The notes under the pieces: model-generated
The model's database searches: none
Seen by the model: only the letters and a program-made list of their open reading frames with translations
Told to the model about the DNA's origin: nothing
Source: Takakia lepidozioides
Taxonomy: Eukaryota > Plantae > Bryophyta
Assembly (NCBI GenBank): GCA_030704615.1
Contig: CM060731.1
Location: 50,902,001-50,966,000, forward strand
DNA: 64,000 bases
Reading direction: 5' to 3'
Translations under genes and position numbers: made by a program
Shown here: in pieces, positions 52,401 to 64,000 of the stretch
Position numbering within the stretch: the stretch's first letter is position 1
Layout: each line of letters begins with the position of its first letter

Positions 52401-53930
52401 TTGAGGAGGGGGAAAAATGAACCCCCTTATGGGCCATGAGGCCTACAGGACGATCAACGCCCAAACATACCGTCACGAACAATCCCACACATGGGGCAGG
52501 GCAGCGAGTTTGAACCCCGAACCACCAGGGCGACACACTGTGCACTTACCAGCTGGATATTCATTTAAATTCCAAAACCACGATATATTGGTACCCATAG
52601 TTATTTGTAATTGTTTTCTAAATTTTATCTGCCAATAATATATTGTACCCTATATTTTTGCACGTAGTATTGGAATATTTGGAAGTGGCTCCCCCAGGCC
52701 AAACTACATGGGTGAGCCATGCAACCCATGCGAAAGGGGGCATACTTTGCAATGATCTGCTTTGTAACACCAGTTTTACAGCCCTGAAACGTACTAACAA
52801 CGTCAGCACCAAAAAAGTAACTTGTGGGCAATGGAAGTGATTGTAAGGTCTCCACCAATTTGTAAGGCCTCCTTAATAACCACTGCGATTTTATCTGCAG
52901 ATGACCCATCTACAGCCTTCTGCAAGGAAATCATCATCGACACTCTAACCCAATTCTGCACTATGTAAGCATGGATTGAGATCCAATTGCCGTTATCCAC
53001 AGACGTCACCTCGTCACAAGTTAAGGCCACGTAGTTAGCAGATGTTATAGCAGCAACCATGGCCTCTTTCACTTAACAATACATGAACTCAGCCATGACC
53101 TAGCCTAAAGAATCGCTCCAATGCGTTCTAGGGTTTCTTGGAACACCAAAAAAGTCATACAAACCTTGAGTTTGTATTCAATCATAGGACGACCACCTTG
53201 AAAGAGATGGTGGCAAATTGAGATTTTTTCTTGTCTCTTTCCATCATGTTGTTCTGATTCATTTGCTGCAAGACCGTTTCAAGTGCTCGACCAGCATACA
53301 AGACAGCGTTGTGGTTGTGCCTACAGTTTCGATTATTTATCTCATCCCTTTTCTTTATCCCCTTCCTGGAAATATCTTTCTGTGCCTTCCTTTTACCCTC
53401 ATGCTTTTTCTAATGTGTCCTTCTTGCATGCAATGATGCAAGGCCTCTGGTTGATTATTGAACAAACTCTGCACTTGACATGACGAACCACACCATCATC
53501 ACTCAGTATGCCCTCAGACCACGTGAACAAAGCTGCCCACTCCAACTGATACTTCCGAGTGCGGTCATAGTCCTTCTTGGTTCTCTTCTTTGGTGGTGGC
53601 TCTGCAAAAACATCATCATCCGATGAAGATCCTCAGCAACAATATCAGTGCTAAGTAACGTGACAGACTCAATATTAGTGGAAGCTCCAAATCCTTGGGT
53701 GCTTTCAGTTGACAATAGATTTGACTTAGAGCTTTTTGAAAGAGACTCAACTCGGAGTGTTCCAACAGAGAGGTTGTCAGGGGGTCATGAGCTAGTAGCA
53801 TTGGAAGGAAGAGGCATTGAGTCACAAATGAATCTAACTGGCTGTGCATTCGAAGCATTGCCGCTGCTACTAAAGTACTTGGCCAGATCAGATTTAGCTC
53901 TTTCTATAGCCAAATTCGGCTTCATGTCTT
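49410..53930 (-). mobile_element. Decayed hAT-superfamily transposase gene (ZNF862/DUF4371-like), interrupted by an insertion of about 1.4 kb at roughly 51327-52700
   Basis: YVALTCDEVTSVDNGNWISIHAY (first catalytic Asp), GADVVSTFQGCKTGV..CMAHPCSLA (DxA...CxxH), FTHSPKRRNEF, and the C-terminal VHVLGSIEDERCFSSLSFLKNKL dimerisation motif. Multiple stops and frameshifts. Confidence 0.85.
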
Positions 53931-54628
53931 CAAAAGTGATACACAATGAAGAGAAACAAAAGTCCATATTACAATAGACAGACCTGTTAGGTGGCGATTG
54001 TGCAACTTCGGCACTGTTCTTTTATATACCGTATGAGAACTTCAGCAATGAAACTAAACTGTAACCAAAATAACCACTCCAGTTACACCAGCCGTTACCT
54101 CATTTGTTGCCATTGCTTCCACTCTTCTACAAAACGATGCTCCTTGTACCTTAAATTGATTGAATTTAAAGAGGGGATTGAAGCAAATAAGTGCCAACGT
54201 AAACACGAGTACTTGCATATCAAAGCCTTGACACAACTGGCGAGAATCCATTCATGCAAATCGTGTAAATGTTACAGCACTTCTATATATTAATTAGGAT
54301 AAAACCACGAAACAGAAATAATGGTTAATCCTCTTATCAAAACCTCACAAGTTCAACCCTTGGTAAATTTATGATGAGCACGTTTCAAATCATCCATATA
54401 TTACAATAGTACATACATATATAACAAATGTGATAAAGGTACTAGCGAATGAAAGGTTAAAACTCTTAATATTAGATTTCTATCTCTTGTCTATATTTTA
54501 GACAATTAAAACTACAGATCTTGATTTTAAGTTAATCTTATTTTTTATTTATAAATAATATAAAATATAGGTTTCTCAAGATCTGCTTTATTTTATATTT
54601 AAATATACGATATAAAGAGATATCGAAC

Positions 54629-54873
54629 CAGAGTTTTTTTTTGGGCGAATTTTCGCCAAATGGCGACCTCAAAAGATAAAAAGGAATATTCTGTTGCAAA
54701 TTTCCTGTTTTTTCATGGATGAAATCGCCAAATTTCTCTAAATAAAAAATAAAAAATGGATGAATTTGCCAAATATGGATGATATAAATGGATTGAAGTA
54801 CGGATGTGGATGATTCTATCCTAATTTGAATGGATGAACATAATGTACGCCTTTTTTTTTTTTCAAAACTCTG
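54629..54873. mobile_element. Short MITE-like element
   Basis: Terminal inverted pair CAGAGTTTT / AAAACTCTG, with the internal palindrome GGCGAATTTTCGCC and repeated (C/T)GCCAAAT. No clear TSD. Confidence 0.5.
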
Positions 54874-57396
54874 TAGCCACTCGTGCTATTTTTCGGATTT
54901 CAAAAACAAAACGCTGTAATACCATATGAAAGGAACGAAAGAAAAAAAAACTCTTGTTGAAACACGCATAACTTATGTGTCACAAGAAATATGGGGACCC
55001 GAAATTTAGAACTCAACTCAAGCTCTGATACTGGTACCTCTTGCTTGACAGATCGCCAGGGCACTTTCAGAGGCTGCTTACCAGTTCCTCCTGCTGGCGA
55101 GATTTCTTCAGCTCGCTTATCAGCTCCTCGGCTTCACAATCCCTCCTTGCTTTGGGCAGCTTTCATCTTTACTAGGACTATCAGGCTGCTCTGCAGTTTC
55201 GAATCTCATCTCCCTCTTTACGACTCACCCGACTCCTGCCTGTCTCTCACTCTTTTCTCACCGACCTCAACTCGCTGCCACCTGCTCTCTCATCTTAGTC
55301 TCTCTCTCACCTTTACCTGTTGTTAGCAAGTTAGCTAGGGTCAGGGGGAAGTTCCCCCTCAGTAAGCCTCCACGGCCTCTCTAGGTGGTTATTTTTTCCA
55401 CCTCTGTGTCATTTTGTTTGATTAAAAGGGCCTCTGTCCCCTTTCTCTAAAAAAGAAAAAAAAGAAAAAAAAGAAAAAAGAAAAAAGAACTTACGGTGTC
55501 ACTTCACCTTGAAATGCTACTGCTTTTCGTTTGGAAGGTAAACACATTTTAATGGCCGTAACTAGAGCAAGGTGAGAGGATTAAGAGGCAGTCCCTTCAT
55601 TTTCTCAACAAAGCTTAAGAAGCCGATGCAGCCTGGATTCCACGAAAATACCGTCAAATCGCACGCCTAGTTACGTTCTTACCTTGTTCCTATTGTTTTC
55701 TAAATAAAATATATTTCCATTCAAAAGGAACATTATTCTCAGAAGTTGTCATATTGTCATATTGTATAGTCTCCCAACAATTCCGTTCCATCCACCTAAA
55801 AAAAGGTGTCTAATTACAAAGTCGAAAAATGCGCTGTCATTGTCCTTCGTTGCATTGTAAACAAGAGCTTAGCTCAACAATTTGACAGGGTACCCAGCTC
55901 GTTTGAAAATAAAAATCCTAGGAGTTCGAGGAAGGGAAATACACAACTCAAAAACTTAATGAAGAGAACTGATCAAAATCAGAGGGAGAGTGACAGTTGG
56001 AAAGGGCCCGACTCTTATTATTAGGGGCCTGATTTGTAAGCTGTCACTCCGATTGTTTCCTTTCAAAAGAAAAAAAACAAAAGGGAGCATCCAGCCCCCC
56101 ACCCAAAAAGATCTTTCACAAGCTTATTTCTTTCTTATTTAGTATGACTCAAGTCTTAAAAAGCTTCCTGCCCTTTTCTGTTTAAAAAAACAAACAAAAA
56201 AAATGAGGGGGGCCCAAAACATTCACTTACATACAGCTTTACATTAACACCTCATCCATCCGACTTCAGGTGACATTTCGTCCTAAGCATTGTATCTGTT
56301 TGTTTCTGGATGAAAACGGAGATGGGCACCCATTGAAAAGTGACAGGCTGACATGGGCTGCCTCCTCACATGCAGGAAGGATATAGTCATACCATTCCAC
56401 TCACCACAATTTAGCTCTCCAATCCGATTAGCTGCAACATCACATTCACCCCAGTTTGCATAGTTGCTCTCATGCATGGAGCCCATGGATTAGCTACCAA
56501 CCTACTTCACAATTCACCAATTGGCCAATCACAAGCCTGTACCCGAAGAAGCATGAGAGACATGTTACAATGCCAAGACCAATAAACCTATCAGGGAATT
56601 CAAAGCTCGGCCATATGAGAAGAGAAATTCTCTCCAAAGCAATTGGAAGGGGCATATCTGGGGAAGACTACCTGCACATTTAGACCTGTCTTGCAACTCT
56701 TCATGCCTTGGAAGGTCACAAATGCAATCCTTGCAATCCTTCGACATGGCAAAAATGCAGCAACCTAGCAGAAGACCGTGTGCAATTGGAAATCACAAAC
56801 AGGCGTCACATCTGACTAAAAGAATCAAATACACTAGCACAAAGGAGTATCTACCACAGACTGACATACGTGACCGGTTGAGCTTCACAAACTGGGACCT
56901 CTTTATAGAGGTATGGTTTGCTGCCAGAGACAAGACAGCTGTGTGGTACAGCAAAGACAAGTGATTGAACAAACAGATATTCCTCTTTCGTTTTAGTGCT
57001 GGTACTGCAGAAGGATGTGTATTTATACTTCACAAAATTGCACGCGGAGAAAATCCTCCCCCTCAACTGTAGCCAAGGGTTTACTCAAATAAAATCCGTA
57101 GAGACTGTTACAGAACTGCCAACATGTGAACCATTCTGGGGTTGCGTTGCCACAGACCTTCAAGTAGGAGGTGAAGGACAATATTGAGTGATGATTAACA
57201 AGGTCACACTGTATCTCTATCATCTGCATATTAATACCATAACCTGAGGATCTACAAAGCTCCCAAATATTCGAAGACATCAACCCACCTGGTGGTGAAT
57301 AAGAGGAACCTTGTAAATGACAGTGATGTCTGCAGAACCCAGGTGCCATACTTCAAGAACATGGGTGCCAAGATGGGACATCCAAAAATTACCTGG

Positions 57397-60189
<2,793 letters not shown>

Positions 60190-63149
60190 TCTTCCACCAA
60201 TTTCAGCACAAATTCCGCTTCGAGAGTCGACCTAGCCACAGATCCGATGCCGAATTCACCGCGCACGCGCCTTGCAGAATGTGTTGACACAATCCGAGCA
60301 ATCCGCCGAGCACGCGAGGGATCGCGCGAGAGCGAGAGAGAGAGAGTTGCAGTGGTGCGCTCGTGTTTTTCGGAAGAATCTCACAAATATATTTTCACTT
60401 TAGGTTACATTTTCAACCCTCACTTGACCGGATCGTGCCGGTTTTATACGCCTCCGACCGGTGGGAAGACGTATCTAGACCTACCCCAGAGCAACACGGT
60501 CTGGCTGGAAACCGGGACTACCGGAAGCCACTCACATTTTCACCGCACGATTTACCGCCCGTTTTAGTTTTAACCGCGCACCGAAGGCATAGCTGTCGTC
60601 CTTGGGGGGCCCCTCTTCTGCCCCTTACCAACTAATATCTTCTTCATCCCCATCCACAGTTTTACATCCTGGATGTCTGCTGTTCATCCATATATGATTT
60701 GTCCAACTGGATATCGTCCACGACTCGGCCCTCTGGCACGACTCTCGAATCGGGAAAGCCCTCGACAAGAATTTTACCTTTCACCTAACTTGACTCCGTC
60801 AATGCCTTTCACCAGCACTCCGTACTTCGTTATGAATGGCTCACGTCTGACGGACGGATGGAAAATCCTGACGATGACGTCTGACGGACAGACAAGCAAT
60901 CCTGACGAGGAACGGATGTTCAGATTCGTCGTCGTCTCCAGTTTAGCCATTTTCGTTGCTGGTTCGTTGGTTTGGTCCTACAGAGAGGCTTGATCCGTGG
61001 TGTGGGCCACCATCGCTGAGGCTGGAGTGATGGTGCTGGGGGATGTGTTGAGTGAAGCTGGAATGTTTTCGTGTGCTTCCTGCGGAAGTGCGTGAGCTCT
61101 TGATTCTGACTTCCACCAAGTTTTGATGGTTTTGGCTCTATTGATGAACTCTGGCTTGCGATGGTTTGGCATCTTGTTCACCGTGGCGGTAGGTGTCGCT
61201 TTTTATCGCTCAGAGTATTGGACAGCCAAGTTGGGCCTCAGGTGCCCACAGATTTGAGAATACCTGCCAAGACTAGCTAGAGAAAATGTAATAATAGACC
61301 CAGGCCGGCTGTCAGTCACTGATTCTGCTGCCGAGGGCCCCCACTGATCGTGCACATGTTCCTTCGTCTTTTTGCTATATTTTTAAGACCAAGCTGGCAA
61401 CGGCAGTGCTGCAGTTGGTGAAGATGTCGTGCTTTTTCCTCCCATCCTGATGATTAGTTACTGTCAGCAAGCTCCAGCCTATTTCATTTTCTTTGCTGGG
61501 TAGATTGAGAGTATATTCCAGCCAACTTGAAACCCTGAGAAAAGTAGTTTGCTCCGTCTATGTACCTCTTTTAGTTCCCAAGGGAGAGTGGTCTTACTAA
61601 CCATGGTCCCCTCAACTCTGATTCCCCATCTCTCACCTGCGAAAAAGCCAAAGCCACAATTTTGGCAACTTCGCTGTTAGATGTAGAACAGTAGAACCCC
61701 ACATCTCATCACTACAGCATCAGGCTGTTTGCCAAATAGCTAAGCTTGGATTGGGTCTCCTCTGAAGTCCGACATCATGAATACCAGCCAAGAGCCTGGC
61801 TCTGAATTTTGAAAGGGCATCACTACCCCGCCCCCTTGCAAACTGGAAATACTTAGACAACATCTCAACGCTGAAAGGCTGAGCTCTCAGTTACAACATC
61901 TCCCACGCTGATGCTACACAGCCAAAGCTATATTGCCGGACCTGCTGCAGGTTGGAACTATAACCTAGAGTAGCCATAGCATTAATGCCAATCCTGGGGA
62001 CAGATATAATATCAGGACAAGTGTCAAGGCCGGAATCATTTATTAGACATTTTCGGTATGATCAAACGGCTGGACAACTCTGACAGCACATCCTAGTGTA
62101 TATTGTAGGTGGATCCCACCACTGTCGTTAGCGAGCTTGTCATACTGTAACGGTTATTTTCCAGAAGAGAATATAAGGGATGACCTCCGTCTAGATGCTT
62201 TTGATGAAACAGTGAGCTACGCGTGCTCTTACTGTGCTCATACTACACACATACTTACTGCGTTAATCGAGTGCGGATACTGAGAAGGACGAAAGACAAG
62301 CACCACACAAGCGCCATCAAATGTTCTTGGATTGATTTAGGTAAGTATGGAACTGTTAATCTCCAGACAAAGTTCTACGATTGGCGGGAGATTCCTGCTT
62401 CCAAATATTATGGACCAGATCGTCCGCAAACTGGGTTGAAATGGGAACGAAATCAAAAGAGGAAGTAGGGGACAGGGGCAACACCTTGGTCATAGACCGA
62501 AACAAACAATTCCCCACATGCAGCCTCCGCAGTAAGCTAGAAGATGCAACCTCGGATACGTGCACATGGCTCATACTATTTCCACGGATTTGAACCAAGG
62601 AGACCCACACCTTGGTTTTGAAATTTATCTCACGAAAGCTTGGCACATCGCAAGCAACAACCGATCCTCACACTCAACAGGTTGTGGACACCAAGGTCGG
62701 ATCGCCACGAAGTTTGTTGTTTGCAACCAAAACCGTAATCGGAAGATCATCGCCTCTAGCTTCCAGCGTAACCACAAAACACACAACCCCTTTGCATACA
62801 CCACCGATGGGTGGGTGACCGATTCATAGGTAGGAGAGTTACATCTGTACACCTTCCCTAGGTCTCCCTGCAGGCTGTGGAATATCACGGGACCATCACG
62901 GGACCATCACATGCAAGGGTATCAGTCCCAGCATCCCCAAGGAGTTGAATTGACACAGATTGAATTGGTACAGTTTATTGTCAAATTAGATGATTGTGGT
63001 AGTTTTTGGAGCCTGCTAATCTGTAGCGTAATTGTCCCCATGAAAGAGCGAAGATGGCAGAGCTGTTTATGTCAAGGACCTCCTTTTCATAGCCACCAAG
63101 ACAGGGAATCAACAACAAGTTGTGTGATGATGTGAGGATAATATGTAAG

Positions 63150-63700
63150 GCCAAGAAACTCAATCAGGCTCTGCACATTTTGAACCAAGGAGTCATTTCA
63201 GCAGACTCCAATACTTAGGTCTGTCTCTTGCTGGAGTCCATAAAAACTGGAGACATAGCAGTGGGAAAGCAGGTATATGCCCACATGGTCTACAGTCAAT
63301 ACAAGCCAAACATCTTTCTTCTCAAAACCCTTGTCCATATGTATTCAAGTGTGGGCCAAGTGAAGGTCCATGCCAATGTCATCAAAGCCGGAATTGCACG
63401 ACTGCCCGTGTTCACATGTATGCAAATGGTGGGAGCAGGCAGGATGCACATGGAGTGTTCGACAAAATCACTAAAATGGGATGTGGTCTCATGGTTGCAG
63501 GATTGCAAGGATACTCTCAGCATAGGTGTGGCAGGGAGGCTTTTGAGATCCATGACCAAATGATGCGGGAAGGCTTGGGACCCAACAAGGTCACATTCAT
63601 TTGCATTCCAAATGCATATGCCAGCCTAGGAAGGGAAAACATGCTCAAAGCTGGAATCGGCTCCCATATAAAAGTTGCAGAATACCCTTCTCGACATGGA
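63150..63700 (+). pseudogene. PPR gene relic
   Basis: Frameshifted PLS-type fragments: GKQVYAHMV..YKPNIFLLKTLVHMYS, DAHGVFDK...DVVSW and EAFEIHDQMMREGLGPNKVTFICI. Confidence 0.7.
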
Positions 63701-64000
63701 TGCGCATCAAGTTTTCTTCAATATATGGCTACAATGTACGGGTGAGGTAGCCTCCGTTTTGTTTGGATCGTGTGGTTTGCGGTATCTCACGGGGCGGAAC
63801 ATGTAGCCATGACACTTTTGGTCATTTATTGCATTATGGATGTGAGTGCAACCTCGGCTTCGAGCCAAGAGACTCTGTTAAGTTTGTGTCAGAGAGAATG
63901 GAGGAAAGTTGTAATATAAGGAGTGAGACTGCCGGATAATAGTGGCTTTGGAAGGCTTTGGAAGGCGGCTATGTTGCATTGCGGTAGTGGGGAGAGAATC

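Noticed and set aside
55020-55035. PBS-like GCTCTGATAC
   Set aside because: Incomplete match, with no adjoining LTR end or gag.
60673-62900. Divergent gene or retroelement relic upstream of tubulin
   Set aside because: Only short unconnected ORFs with no motif I can support.

Overview
Eukaryotic, intron-containing nuclear DNA from a non-seed land plant, probably a bryophyte. This is an inference from PLS-type PPR repeats, an AP2/ERF gene and plastid inserts that keep many pre-editing C residues. The most unusual part is the first 11.9 kb. About 60 copies of a 116-bp satellite, each built around an 18-bp palindrome and partly arranged as an 8-monomer higher-order repeat, run almost into an apparently intact 8-exon gene of about 930 aa. 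That gene fuses a ParB/Srx-like domain (DGNHR) to a prokaryote-type beta-class N4-cytosine/N6-adenine DNA methyltransferase domain. It is followed by a motif-rich, terminus-like segment that abruptly truncates a Copia element. This looks like a large DNA element carrying its own palindromic array and a ParB-methyltransferase. The rest of the window is TE-rich: a Copia 5' half, a piggyBac with TIRs and TTAA, a decayed Dualen/RandI-like LINE (APE+RT+RNase H+REL, with a structured 3' end) carrying a CACTA fragment, a hAT relic and MITE-like pieces. It also holds plastid fragments (petG 3' end, trnW, psaA), PPR relics and two clear host genes, a DREB-type AP2/ERF and a divergent alpha-tubulin. All calls come from reading the sequence by eye; no database searches were run.
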